Below are positions 19,330 through 36,481 of a stretch of DNA of 64,000 nt, in pieces. The position numbers were made by a program, and so were the translations under genes. This stretch comes from Macrostomum lignano (taxonomy: Eukaryota). Below the pieces are notes generated by a model. That model had not been told where the DNA came from, made no database searches, and saw nothing but the letters and a program-made list of their open reading frames with translations. Numbering within the stretch: position 1 is the first letter of the stretch; every line of letters begins with the position of its first letter. The stretch covers positions 131,275 to 195,274 of the forward strand of contig NIVC01002179.1 in NCBI GenBank assembly GCA_002269645.1, read 5' to 3'.

Positions 19330-21288
19330 GAAGCCGCAGGCGCAAGGGGCGGCTCCGCCGAGTCTCCAGACGGAGGCGGCACAGCGGACGGCGCCAGACC
19401 TTCGAGACGGCGCTGCGCTCGGTCCAGGGTGAGCAGCAGCTGAGCGAACCCGGAGCTCTTGACGGGGTCGAAAGTGCAGCAGGAGCCGCCCTCTCCAGCC
19501 TCGGTGTCGCAGTCATCGTTGCCGTTGTCCAGCACCTCGAGCGTCGTGGCGCTGCTCGCGCTGCCGCTGGAGTTGCAGCCCAGCTCAGCGGTTCTGGGCG
19601 GCTCCGGCGGCAGCTCGACTTTGCCGAATCGCGGCAGCTCCGAGTCCACCGCGTTCGAGCTGCTCGGGGCCGCCAGCTCCGCCTCAGTCGGTGGAAACGA
19701 CTCGCAGGCGCTCTCCAGGAGCTTTGACTCGATCACGCTGTGCACCTGCAGCGGGTTCTGAGGTCCGCCAGCGCGGCAGCCCATCCTGGCACCGTTGTTT
19801 CCGTTGGCACCGACTGCACTGCCAGCCTCACGGCAGCCCATCCAGGCACCGGTGTTTCCGTTGGCACCGACTGTATTGCCAGCCTCATGGCAGCCCGTCC
19901 AGGCACCGGTGTTTCCGTTGGCACCGACTGCACTGCCAGCCTCACGGCAGCCCATCCAGGCACCGTTGTTTCCGTTGGCACCGACTGTATTGCCAGCCTC
20001 ACGGCAGCCCATCCAGGCACCGGTGTTTCCGTTGGCACCGACTGTATTGCCAGCCTCACGGCAGCCCGTCCAGCCACCGGTGTTTCCGTTGGCACCGACT
20101 GTATTGCCAGCCTCACGGCAGCCCGTCCAGGCACCGGTGTTTCCGTTGGCACCGACTGTATTGCCAGCCTCACGGCAGCCCGTCCAGCCACCGGTGTTTC
20201 CGTTGGCACCGACTGTATTGCCAGCCTCACGGCAGCCCGTCCAGGCACCGGTGTTTCCATTAGCACCGACTGTATTGCCAGCCTCACGGCAGCCCGTCCA
20301 GGCACCGGTGTTTCCGTTGGCACCGACTGTATTGCCAGCCTCACGGCAGCCCGTCCAGGCACCGGTGTTTCCGTTGGCACCGACTGTATTGCCAGCCTCA
20401 CGGCAGCCCGTCCAGGCACCGGTGTTTCCGTTCACTGCGCTGCCAGCATCAGTTTCAGTTTCAATGCCTCCCTCTTCCCCTTCGCTCCCGCTGCTGTCGG
20501 CCTCGCCATCCTCACCAGCAGCCTCAGTCGAGCAGCTGGTGCCGGTCTTGCTAATTGAGTCTCCGTCAGCGCAGGTGTTCAAAGCTGTGCTGCAGGGAGC
20601 GACGCCGCAGTCCGCCGACTTCTCAGCAGCTTCAGCAACGCTCGGCTCAGTTGGAGGCTTCAGCGCCTCTGGCACTGCATCCCGGATGAGCAGGCTCTTG
20701 GTGCTGCACCTGTGCTGCTCATCGCACTGCGGCAGCTGCTGGTTCGGGGCTCTGGCTGGCGGCCGACAGACCGAAGGCTCCTGGCGGATCAGCAGGATCG
20801 CTGCGGCCTGCTGTGATGGGCAGCCGCAGTGAGTCACAACGCTGCAACCGAGGGCTGTCAGGGTCGGCGGCTGCGGGCTCCTGATGGACCTGGCTCGCTC
20901 CGGAGTGACGTCAGCTTCGACCAGCTCGCCCCGGAAGCATCGGCGCGTTGGCGAGCCGTCATGGCGCTCGGTGGCGTCATCGGCTGCGGTTTCGTCCTTG
21001 TCGCCATCGCCACTGGCGTCCGACGCCTGCAGGTCCTCGCTGGTGAGGCCGCTGACGATGTCGGCCTCCGGTGGCAGCAGCTGCCGACGCGTCGGGCGGA
21101 AGTTCCGGCGGCGCAACCGGCTGGCGGAGCTGGGCGGGTCGAGCTGGTCGGTGCCGAAGGTCGTGCCGCTCTCCTCAATGGAGACGGCGACGGCAGCCTC
21201 GGTGGAGCTCCGGCCTCGGCTGCTGATGCGGCTGAAGTAGTTCTGCAGGTTGCGAAATGTCTCGCCAGAAATTGGCGGGGGCTCCGGC

Positions 21289-21319
<31 letters not shown>

Positions 21320-21611
21320 TTTTATCTGCGAGCTTCTTCTCCTGGGAGCTCCTGTGGTGACGCTGAGGAGCTTCTGGCTGATGCTGAGGTGGCGACGCTG
21401 GCGGCCCCTGCCGTTGCTTCTCGGTGAGGTTCCGCAGCGCCTCCAGCACGCTGTGCAGCGCTGCCTGGAGCTCATCGTGAGAAGCAGCTGGCTGATGAAG
21501 CTGCTGCTGAGGCGACGCCGCCTGCGGCACTTTGCCGCTCTTGCCCGCTGCGGGACAGTCGCCGAAACTGCCGGCTTTGCTGGATTTCTTCGACTTGTGC
21601 AACCATGGCAT
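18771..21611 (-). CDS. Low-complexity Q/A/S-rich orphan protein (946-aa ORF) with polyQ/H tract and internal 19-aa repeat
   Basis: 2.8-kb GC-rich ORF sharply bounded by AT-rich flanks; no recognisable domain; the frame stays open 5' of the ATG up to a TAG near 21673. Confidence 0.6.
19790..20432. repeat. 57-bp minisatellite (about 11 copies) inside the orphan ORF
   Basis: Encodes GNTGAWTGCREAGNTVGAN; open in several frames. Confidence 0.95.
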
Positions 21612-22087
21612 CGCGCGGATGACAGTAGTATGTAGCGCTTCAGCAGCTCTCCCGACTGACCATTGAACCGTCTAGTGCAAGACTGTACATTTAGTTGAGG
21701 TCTGATCTTAAAGATACTGTAGCCAAAGCAAACAGAAGATAGCTTGAGGCTTGTAAGATGGACTCAAGGAGATGCACTAAGGCGAGTCACTTCCTGCCAT
21801 AGAGGGGTTGGCGCAGAACTGATTGCTTCCCTAATTGCTTCTGCCAGGGGTTTTAAGTCTTATTTTATCTCTCAGAGTTAGATACTGCTGACTTTAAGGT
21901 AGATCGCTACTACAGTACAGACAGACGAAAATCACATCAAGGATTTCACTGATTTTAATATCGAACCACAGTAGCGAGAGTCCCTCTAATTGCATCCTAG
22001 TCTACCGTAATGTATCCCTTCAGATTACGAGCATTAGATGATAGTGGAATTAGCCACAGGCTAGTTGGATTCTTTTAATTTTCCGGA

Positions 22088-23312
22088 GGGAGAGACACCG
22101 AGAGGAGAGGGAGAGACACGGAGAGGAGAGGGAGAGACACGGAGAGGAGAGGGAGAGACACGGAGAGGAGAGGGAGAGACACGGAGAGGAGAGGGAGAGA
22201 CACTGAGAGGAGAGGGAGAGACACGGAGAGGAGAGGGAGAGACACGGAGAGGAGAGAGAGAGACACGGAGAGGAGAGGGAGAGACACGGAGAGGAGAGGG
22301 AGAGACACTGAGAGGAGAGAGAGACACGGAGAGGAGAGGGAGAGACACGGAGAGGAGAGAGAGAGACACGGAGAGGAGAGGGAGAGACACGGAGAGGAGA
22401 GGGAGAGACACTGAGAGGAGAGAGAGAGACACGGAGAGGAGAGGGAGAGACACGGAGAGGAGAGAGAGAGACACGGAGAGGAGAGGGAGAGACACGGAGA
22501 GGAGAGGGAGAGACACGGAGAGGAGAGGGAAAGACACTGAGAGGAGAGAGAGAGACACGGAGAGGAGAGGGAGAGACACGGAGAGGAGAGGGAGAGACAA
22601 CGAGAGGAGAGAGAGACACGGAGAGGAGAGAGAGAGACACTGAGAGGAGAGGGAGAGACACGGAGAGGAGAGGGAGAGACACGGAGAGGAGAGGGAGAGA
22701 CACTGAGAGGAGAGAGAGACACGGAGAGGAGAGAGAGACACGGAGAGGAGAGGGAGAGACACGGAGAGGAGAGGGAGAGACACTGAGAGGAGAGAGAGAC
22801 ACTGAGAGGAGAGAGAGAGACACTGAGAGGAGAGGGAGAGACACTGAGAGGAGAGAGAGAGACACTGAGAGGAGAGAGAGAGACACGGAAAGGAGAGGGA
22901 GAGACAACGAGAGGAGAGAGAGACACGGAGAGGAGAGAGAGAGACACTGAGAGGAGAGGGAGAGACACGGAGAGGAGAGGGAGAGACACGGAGAGGAGAG
23001 GGAGAGACACTGAGAGGAGAGAGAGACACGGAGAGGAGAGAGAGACACTGAGAGGAGAGGGAGACACTGAGAGGAGAGAGAGAGACACTGAGAGGAGAGG
23101 GAGAGACACTGAGAGGAGAGGGAGAGACACTGAGAGGAGAGGGAGAGACACTGAGAGGAGAGGGAGAGACACTGAGAGGAGAGAGAGAGACACTGAGAGG
23201 AGAGGGAGAGACACTGAGAGGAGAGGGAGACACGGAGAGGAGAGAGAGACACGGAGAGGAGAGAGAGACACGGAGAGGAGAGGGAGAGACACTGAGAGGA
23301 GAGCGAGAGACA
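22088..23312. repeat. 21-bp purine-rich minisatellite
   Basis: Unit GAGAGGAGAGGGAGAGACACG / ...GACACT. Confidence 0.95.
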
Positions 23313-23531
23313 GGGAGAGTAGAGGAGAGATATGTAATCATAAAAATCATGAAAGTATATAAAATTTAACAAGCCTGCAATTCACCACCAACAAGGCAGT
23401 GACTATTTGTAGTCCTCAGAAGTTCGTCAATCTGTATTGATTAAATTAATCTCGCCAACAGATAGTGGACTCGCCATTTATGAGCCCAAAAATCATGACG
23501 CTACATAAAAACCTGTCAAGAGGCAATTGTG

Positions 23532-27545
<4,014 letters not shown>

Positions 27546-27857
27546 GGTCTTAGTTGCAAACAAGTCAGCGTAGGAGTAACTGAAAGCAACTTTTGGGACA
27601 GAATGGATGTGACTCTTAAATGCAAGTTCATCAGATAATTACTTGTTCACAAAGTTCCCATACTGGCAGCCTCCTTATTTCCCATCAACTTCTGATAGGT
27701 TGGGCGGCGCGTTCTGCCCGCCTGCCAATCAGCTGGTTTTGGTCTATAAGATTTTTAGGAGCAGCGTCTTCTGAGGAGAATAGATGGGACCTTGAAAGAG
27801 GAATGAAGTGTGAGGTCTGAATAAATCGAAAGTATTAGAAAAGGAACTAGCCAGATC

Positions 27858-28132
27858 ATAGATCCCCGATCCCAGATCCTCGATCCCAGATCCCCGATCC
27901 CAGATCCCGATCCAGATCTCCGATCCCAGATCTCCGATCCCAGATCTCCGATCCCAGATCTCCGATCCCAGATCCCCGATCCCAGATCCCCGATCCCAGA
28001 TCCCCGATCCCAGATCCCCGATCCCAGATCCCCGATCCCAGATCCCCGATCCCAGATCCCCGATCCCAGATCCCCGATCCCAGATCCCCGATCCCAGATC
28101 CCAGATCCCAGATCCCAGATCCCAGATCCCAG
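27858..28132. repeat. Second GATCCC-family array (7/14-bp) upstream of the neuropeptide ATG
   Basis: GATCCCA, GATCCCC and GATCTCC heptamers. Confidence 0.92.
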
Positions 28133-29319
28133 AAGGCAATACCCATTTCCAAAAAATACAATTCGCATGCCAATTCTATATACCCTTTGAACTGAGTCTG
28201 GACGCTAAAAGGACTGCATTTAACTGCATTTGAGGTTCGGCTCTTTAATCCTTGTGTTAGACTTAACTGGGCTCAACATCCCGTATCGCACAAGTGTCGC
28301 GATACCGCTGATTTCGCCGTGATAAGGGGAGGGGGTACTCTACTATCTTTTTCAAACTGGCAGACTGCATTCGAACTGGAACTTTTATCTCCGTTGTCTA
28401 GCTTACCAGTACCACAGAATTCCTTCTCTTTGTCTAAAAACCAAAGTACTGGTTTTAAATAGTCTATGGTAATTTTTAAAATGGAGATCGTAATTTTGAA
28501 TGTTACAAACGACTTTGCATAAAATTTCCAACTGGTAATGAGTTCGTTAATTGCTTCTAATTGCTTCTGTTGCTCCTTAAAGTGCACTAGTATAACAACG
28601 TCATTTGCGTTTTATATTTGTATGAAAGATTGATTAGTTTAGCCATGGATTTCTGGATAGAAATGCAGTGACTTGATTGGCAAATTTTTCTATATATTAG
28701 GACGTTGTCGTGACGCAAATTCAGGCGGCCACAAGTCGCTGCAAAATGCATTAGCTAGATGGGAAGTTTTCAGTTTATTAGCACAATTTAAACAATTTGA
28801 AAGTGCACAGCGTCCTTCTGCTCCAGATGTCCATGCCACGGTATTGAAATTTCTGTTGCAGTCAAAGCTAAGAATATTTTCTTTCCAATCCAAGAATGCT
28901 TCTGTCTAAGGAGTCCCTTTATGTCAGACTTTTTGCCGCTAATGTCTCGCAGACTTTGTTGGGCTGCAAACTTTATATTCCGATCATACTCATACTACTA
29001 TAGTATAGTATTAAACTGACCATCACAGTACTGTGCATGCGGCAAAGCCGCCCCCACCAGCCCTATATAATTGCGAACGCGAAATCAATTTGACCACGTT
29101 TGATACTACATGCATGTATGTACATAGTAGAATGTTGCACACAGTGCATTCATTGATACATTGTTGCACATATTTATGTATGTTGGACCATTAAACCACC
29201 GCTTATTCGGCTGAATATTTCCTTGCGTTGGAAGAAGAAATTATTACAGGTATTGTAAAGCAAATCTAATTCTTTAATTTGCATGCTCTGCCCTATGCTA
29301 GATTGCACTGGCACTTCCT

Positions 29320-29700
29320 GACACCCCTGACACCCCTGACTGGACCGACACCCCTGACTGGACCGACACCCCTGACTGGACCGACACCCCTGACTGGACC
29401 GACACCCCTGACTGGACCGACACCCCTGACTGGACCGACACCCCTGACTGGACCGACACCCCTGACTGGACCGACACCCCTGACTGGACCGACACCCCTG
29501 ACTGGACCGACACCCCTGACTGGACCGACACCCCTGACTGGACCGACACCCCTGACTGGACCGACACCTCTGACTGGACCGACACCCCTGACTGGACCGA
29601 CACCCCTGACTGGACCGACACCCCTGACTGGACCGACACCCCTGACTGGACCGACACCCCTGACTGGACCGACACCCCTGACTGGACCGACACCCCTGAA
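29320..29700. repeat. 18-bp minisatellite
   Basis: Unit ACACCCCTGACTGGACCG, about 21 near-identical copies. Confidence 0.95.
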
Positions 29701-30429
29701 AAATCTGACAACCACGGAACCCTTGGCAACTTTCTTTCTTGTCACCCTTACAGCCTGAGAACCTCTGACATAGTTAGTAATCTTGACCCAGGGAAATTCT
29801 GTTGCCTAATTAAGCTAATCGTTAATAAAAATTTACATATTTTTTATTGAACGAATTAGCTCACAACAGAGGATATTCTCAGAATAAAGTAAGTACTTTT
29901 ATATTTCACGTAATAAACTTTTTTCACAAATTTTGGCTGTATGAGGTAGGTTGAAGCTCAAATTACAGATTCACCAGCAGTAAGTTGCATTAGACTGCAG
30001 TTAAACATATTTTTCCCATTTATTAAAGTCAATAGAGGAACTGGTAGGGAATGATAGATCGCTACATGTTTGTATATAGTCTACATAAAAATAATGACTT
30101 TAACGTGACAGCAATGGTATTGGTTTCTCAGTAATCAGCATTTGACTATAAGCCTCAAAGTTTGCTGTTTAGACAGCATTAGGCGCGTTCTGTGTTTTTT
30201 TGGGGCAAACATTTTTTTCATATCGTTCCGGTTCTGTGAAGCGTGATAAAAAGAGATATTTTTTTGTCAATTCTATGAAATTTTTCTGCGTAGAAATGCA
30301 GATTTGTAGGAATTTCTTTGAACAGTAATTTTTGCCGCATATAAAACCTACATTTACATTTAGTGTGTGGTAAATGCTTGAATTAGGGCTGGTATCTGCA
30401 TTGATGGCTGGGGCTGGCTTTTGGGGTAG

Positions 30430-30795
30430 ATGTCTGGAGTTGGTGTCTGGGGTTGGTGTCTGGAGTTGGTGTCTGGAGTTGGTGTCTGGAGTTGGTGTCT
30501 GGGGTTGGTGTCTGGAGTTGGTGTCTGGGGTTGGTGTCTGCAGTTGGTGTCTGGAGTTGGTGTCTGGGGTTGGTGTCTGGAGTTGGTGTCTGGAGTTGGT
30601 GTCTGGAGTTGGTGTCTGGGGTTGGTGTCTGCAGTTGGTGTTTGTAGTTGGTGTCTGGAGTTGGTGTCTGTAGTTGGTGTCGGCAGTTGGTGTCTGCAGT
30701 TGGTGTCTGGGGTTGGTGTCTGGAGTTGGTGTCTGCAGTTGGTGTCTGGAGTTGGTTTCTGGGGTTGGTGTCTGGGGTTGGTGTCTGGGGTTGGT
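30430..30795. repeat. 13-bp minisatellite
   Basis: Unit TGGTGTCTGGAGT / TGGTGTCTGGGGT. Confidence 0.93.
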
Positions 30796-31223
30796 TACTG
30801 GAATCGGAATTGAAGTTTGTGTTTTAATGTCATGCAATAATATACACCACGTAAAATCAGTTGTTTATGCTGAATAGCTGTCAAAAAAAACTAAATATAT
30901 TGACAAATATCGTGTGCCTCTCGTTGGAAGCACAATTTACCTTGGCCTAGAAGTCAAATTTCGCTGTTATGCAGCTCTTCTTGTACGATAGTTAGCTCCG
31001 GATTTAGCTACATGTTGCTGACTTAACTTTATTACGTGTATGTTGAGCCTTACGTATAAATATTCGTCACTTTGTACATCAGTCGCGTCATTTGACGAAA
31101 GACACGTCAACAAATCTTTTTGCAATAGAAAAGCAGAGAGGACGGGCGTTTTACAAGCTCGAAAATTTCGGGCGTGCTTGAAATTTGACTTTAAACAACT
31201 CATTTCAGTTTCGCAATTCACGA

Positions 31224-32230
31224 TGCCAAGCCAGAGCGGGAGCCGGTTCAAACTCCAACTGTTGTCGTCGTTGACAAGCTGACCAGCGCCAATCGCTTGT
31301 CAATCGTTGCACTCTTCATTCTGTGCACGATTTGTTACAGCGCCTACGCTCTGCTGCTGCACCTGTGCCCAAAAGATACTAAATTTGAGGCTCATTGTGC
31401 GAGCGCGTGACTGCGTATAGACATGGGTATAAAACTGTGCGAAGTAAACCAAAATATCGAGATGCCAAGCGGGTATACAACGGTAAAGTATCGGCTACTC
31501 TCTACGCGGTAAATATAACAACTTGGGAGCGCTGTTGCAACTACTCGTACAAATGGACACCTTGAGCTATCAGATTATAGCAATTTGAAGATCCTGACCA
31601 CCGCTGTACTGTTCCAAATCATTATGCGCGAGCATATTAGCAGAGTAAATTGGTTGGCCCTGCTAATTCTGTTTGCTGCAGGAGTTGCCAACGGCGCAGG
31701 CGGCCTGATGGAGAAATCGTTGAGCGAAGCTCGACTGCACGTGACACCAGTTGGATTAGGCATGATTCTGATCTACTGCACCATCTCCGGTCTTGCAAGT
31801 GTCTAAAGAGTACGTCATGAAGCGCCAGGAGTCTGTTAGTGTTCATGCTCAAAACTCTCTTCTGTACGAGCTACTTCTACGGCATAGCGATTAACGTGAT
31901 AATATTTTGCTATCAATCTGCCTATGGAAAATTCAAATCGAATTTTCTTCAAAGCTTTGACTGGACTACTTGGGTATTGGTTTCTAGTCAAGCCTTTGGC
32001 GGCATATCAATGGGCTTGCTAATAAAATTTGGATCAAACATTCTAAAATTATTTGTAGTTTCAACCTCAATGCTTGTTGTCACCGTTTCCAGGTCAATAT
32101 TTTTGTGTAGGATCGCTTTCGTTGGCGTTGTATTTTCTCAATTTCTCTATCACTTCAACGATTGTCCGTGCTTCTGCTAGTGAATATATGCTTTTTTCTT
32201 CTTTAAGCTCAAATTTGCTTATTTTTCTCG
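31224..32230 (+). pseudogene. SLC35A4: SLC35A4-like nucleotide-sugar transporter, intronless and disrupted
   Basis: Segments CYSAYALLLHLC, LYAVN/NNL, SNLKILTTAVLF, LHVTPVGLGMILIYCTISGLASV, SQAFGGISMGLLIKFGSNILKLFVVS lie in different frames. TGA at 31408-31410; frameshifts near 31515, 31577 and 31804. End coordinates approximate. Confidence 0.75.
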
Positions 32231-33229
32231 CTTATTTATTTATCTTGAACTGTGCATTTTTGAGTAGTAAAATCATACCTCTATATGCTCGAACAGTCTG
32301 TTGACGATCAATTTACGCAGCGGGAACTCTCTTATAGTTCTGAATTTACCTATCTAGGTTTTAATGTTTTTGTTTTACTCTTGTAATAGTCCTGAATAGG
32401 ATTAACTAATTAATTTGTTTTGCGTAGCAATGCATTGGCAGACGTCTCTATGTTAGTAAATATGTCGAAAAATAAAGATAGCCACGCTCGTTCAATCCGT
32501 TCACATTCCAGTACACATGTGAGAGCTTTTTTATTTACTTTTATAGAAAATTTTAAGACAGGTTTTTTATATTTAGAAGCATTGGTCGCCAACTTGAGGG
32601 CTAGAGAGAGAAGAGAGAAGGAAGAGAGGTGAGAGGAGGGGAGAGAGGAGAGAGGGGGAGAGAGGGGATATGAAAGAGGAATTGCAATGCGCAATTTCTA
32701 CTACTTATAGTAGCACCCACTGTTCATTACTAATACGCAGATGAGTTTGGCAAAAAAATTCTGGAATTTCCTGCTTTAAGGTTTGACAAATGGCGTTGTG
32801 GACTGATGATCGAATACAAATGCATTTTCCTAAGGTCTAGGAGACTGCTGTAGTTTATTTAGACAGGAAACGCGAAATAATCTAAGATTCTAAATCTACT
32901 ATGCCTTGGTCTGCATCTACGAAAAAACATTCCAATCTATTCCGTGGTTTAGTATGATAATCACTCTAGAGTAGGTCAGGCAGAAGACTCATAAATCAGA
33001 TCGTCAGATAGAATACTCAAAAGAGTCAAAACTAATCAAGTACCAAATAATTTGTTCCTCAACAATTGATAGATTGATTCTAACTTAGTCTTTGAACTGA
33101 AGTATTTCAAATCTTAGACATTGCTAAGAGTAATGATAAATGATAATGAGGCAGTAATGACACGAGGTATGACTGTATGAGTGAGGACACGCGGCCTGCT
33201 GTTTCTGTCTGACAAACACAAGCACAAAC

Positions 33230-33276
33230 CACGGACCCCTGAATTAGTAGGTCCTTCTACTATTTAGGGGTCCGTG
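33230..33276. mobile_element. 47-bp palindromic mini-element with 7-bp target-site duplication
   Basis: CACGGACCCCT...AGGGGTCCGTG with an imperfect arm of about 20 bp; CACAAAC at 33223-33229 and 33277-33283. Confidence 0.65.
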
Positions 33277-34369
33277 CACAAACGCACTGCATAGGCGCGC
33301 TGAAAGAAAATGATTTGATCAGAGCTAGAGAAAGAAGAGGAGTGGAATGAAATGAAAGTCAAACTGGATCGTCCCAGTTCCTATGTACATTGGCCCAAAG
33401 GATAGAAAGGTTTTCCGCTGAAAAGCCCTAATGTACATACAGGGATACAGGGGTGATTTTAGTCGTCTTTCCCTCATATCATTTCTACCCCCTCTCTCTC
33501 TACCAGGCTATCTGAGTGGAACAGTTGGAAGGTTCTTTCCCTCCCCCTAAAACAGTAGATTAGGTTCAATGTACAATCAACTGTACAGCTTCCCGCGGGC
33601 CTCTGCCTCTCTCCCTCGCATAGAACGGCAGAGCAGCCAACGGGGGAATGAAAAGGAAAGACGCCCCTGACCCCTCCAGCTGTTAAGTTCAGTTAGTTTA
33701 GAAATAAAGGCTGCAAAGGCTTGATTTTGAGGAGAGCCAAACGATATATTAACAATACTATAAAACTCATTAAATTCAGTAATTATACTTTGAACTGCAC
33801 TAAACTGTGACTTTATTGAACAAGCCAAGCAAAGAAAGTAGTTTTCAGTTTTTAAACAAGCGAATATTTCCGTGCTTGCTCGCAAAATTGATGAGCTCTG
33901 CCTCGTTTGTCTTACTCCCGGTAAGTTCATTGTTAATTTAAGCCAATCCGATATAATTCGGATTGGATTTCGTGACATTGGACTCTCTCTTCGAATTATC
34001 TGTGTATTATTAAGCACACTATAACACACTTGTTTACTTAAACGACACTCAAAATGGTGTATCAGTAAACTTATTTACTAACTAAGGCAAGCTAATAAAG
34101 CATGATTGACGTGTTCATATGTTGATAAGAAGTAAGACCCTATAAACTGGTTTATGCCTAATGGCTAATTCCCTATATGAGCTCTGGTTACTATTACTTA
34201 CTTAGCAAGGCTAGGGTCTAGAGTAAGAGTCTATGAAGACTATGATTGATACTGACTGTCATTTTAAAATGTCTCGAATTTAAAAGTCGTACTTCAAAGA
34301 TTATCCTACGCCTAGTTTCGGTATCTTGCAGGTTTAGTCGACACTCAAAGCGGTTAAAATTTTTGTACT

Positions 34370-35940
34370 CCTCTTCTCTACTCCCATTTCCTTTTCTCTC
34401 CCTACCTCTCCTCTTCTCTACTCTCTCTCTCTCTCTCCTTTTCTCTCCCTACCTCTCTCATTTTCTGTCCCTACCTCCTCTCCTCTTTTCTTTCTTCTCC
34501 TCTCTCCTCTCCTCTCTTCTCTCCTCCCCTCTCCCCTCTCCTCTCTCCTCTCCTCTCCTCTCCTCTCCTCTCCTCTCCTCTCCTCTCCTCTCCTCTCCTC
34601 TCCTCTCCTCTCCTCTCCTCTCCTCTCCTCTCCTCTCCTCTCCTCTCCTCTCCTCTCCTCTCCTCTCCTCTCCTCTCCTCTCCTCTCCTCTCCTCTCCTC
34701 TCCTCTCCTCTCCTCTCCTCTCCTCTCCTCTCCTCTCCTCTCCTCTCCTCTCCTCTCCTCTCCTCTCCTCTCCTCTCCTCTCCTCTCCTCTCCTCTCCTC
34801 TCCTCTCCTCTCCTCTCCTCTCCTCTCCTCTCCTCTCCTCTCCTCTCCTCTCCTCTCCTCTCCTCTCCTCTCCTCTCCTCTCCTCTCTCCTCTCCTCTCC
34901 TCTCCTCTCCTCTCCTCTCTCTCCTCTCCTCTCCTCTCCTCTCCTCTCCTCTCCTCTCCTCTCCTCTCCTCTCCTCTCCTCTCCTCTCCTCTCCTCTCCT
35001 CTCCTCTCCTCTCCTCTCCTCTCCTCTCCTCTCCTCTCTCTCCTCTCCTCTCTCTCCTCTCTCTCCTCTCCTCTCCTCTCCTTTCCTCTCCTCTCCTCTC
35101 CTCTCCTCTCCTCTCCTCTCCTTTGTCCTTTCCTCGCCTCTCCTCTCCTCTCCTCTCCTCTCTTCTCCCCTCCTCTCCTCTCCTCTCCTCTCCTCTCTTC
35201 TCCCCTCCTCTCCTCTCCTCTCCTCTTCTCTCTCCTCTCCTCTCCTCTCCTCTCCTCTCTCCTCTCCTCTCCTCTCCTCCCCTCTCTCCTCTCCTCTCTC
35301 TCTCCTCTCCTCTCCTCCCCTCTCTCTCTCCTCTCTCTCTCCTCTCCTCTCCCTCTCTCTCTCTCTCCTCCCCTCTCTCCTCTCTTCTCCCTCCTCTCCT
35401 CTCCTCTCCTCTCCTCTCCTCTCCTCTCCTCCCTCTCTCCTCTCCTCTCCTCTCCTCTCCTCTCCTCTCCTCTCCTCTCCTCTCCTCTCCTCTCCTCTCC
35501 TCTCCTCTCCTCTCCTCTCCTCTCCTCTCCTCTCCTCTCCTCTCCTCTCCTCTCCTCTCCTCTCTCCTCTCTCCTCTCCTCCCTCTTTCTCCTCCCTCTC
35601 CTCCTCTCCTCTCCTTTCCTTTCCTCTCCTCTCCTCTCCTCTCCTCTCCTCTCCTCTCCTTTGTCCTTTCCTCGCCTCTCCTCTCCTCTCCTCTCCTCTC
35701 TTCTCCCTCCTCTCCTCTCCTCTCCTCTCCTCTCTTCTCCCCTCCTCTCCTCTCCTCTCCTCTCCTCTTATCTCCTCTCCTCTCCTTTGTCCTTTCCTCG
35801 CCTCTCCTCTACTCTGGACTCTCCTTTCCTCTCCTCTCCTCTCTTCTCCTCTCCTCTCCTTTCCTTTCCTCTGGACTCTCATCTCTCTTTTCCTCCCTTC
35901 TCCTCTCCTCTCCTTTCCTCTCCACTACTCTCCTACAGTC
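34370..35940. repeat. (CTCCT)n polypyrimidine microsatellite
   Basis: Near-pure core at about 34540-34890, degenerate flanks. Confidence 0.97.
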
Positions 35941-36481
35941 TCTCATTTCTTACTCACTACTTTCCTCATGAAGTTTCCTTTCCTCCTTATATAACATGAT
36001 TGTAAATGTAAATGTAATTTGCATATAAATGCAAACGTTTATATTTTCTAATATGTAATTTATGCATTTAAGATTTCTTTTGGTAATAAAAGGCAATGCA
36101 CAAATGAGCTTCATTATATAATATATAGACAGGTAAAAGGATCACTTATATATTCAATATACAATTTCAATAGTTGGAATATTCTCTACAAAATATGCGA
36201 TATATCAAGCTAACAGTTGTCAACATTTCAGTTCAGATTCAGTTTAAACTTTAGAGAGTTCGCCAGTTCGTGCAGTCAGACATTTTGCTTAGTTAAGCTA
36301 AGTGCTGTTTACAGTAGAGCACATGTACAATTAGTTGAAACACGATTCTAATTTAGAATCTAGCTTTTATGATATTTGATAAGAGTGTAGAATGTCAAGC
36401 TCATCTCCTGTCTACTTCAGAAATTGCATATTATAAGGCAAAAGTGTCTGGATACGATTCAGAATCTGCACGTTAGAAGTG

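Noticed and set aside
22050-23372. Ser/Leu/Pro-rich ORFs (similarly 26450-27496, 34246-35994, 37615-38895, 55217-55933)
   Set aside because: Low-complexity repeat translations
28273-28909. ORFs of 67-104 aa as a possible transposase remnant
   Set aside because: No recognisable motif; AT-rich
29320-29700. Regular direct repeats resembling a CRISPR array (also 43055-43775)
   Set aside because: Head-to-tail units without unique spacers, eukaryotic context, no cas genes
33577-34029. 150-aa minus-strand ORF
   Set aside because: No ATG start, domain or splice context recognised
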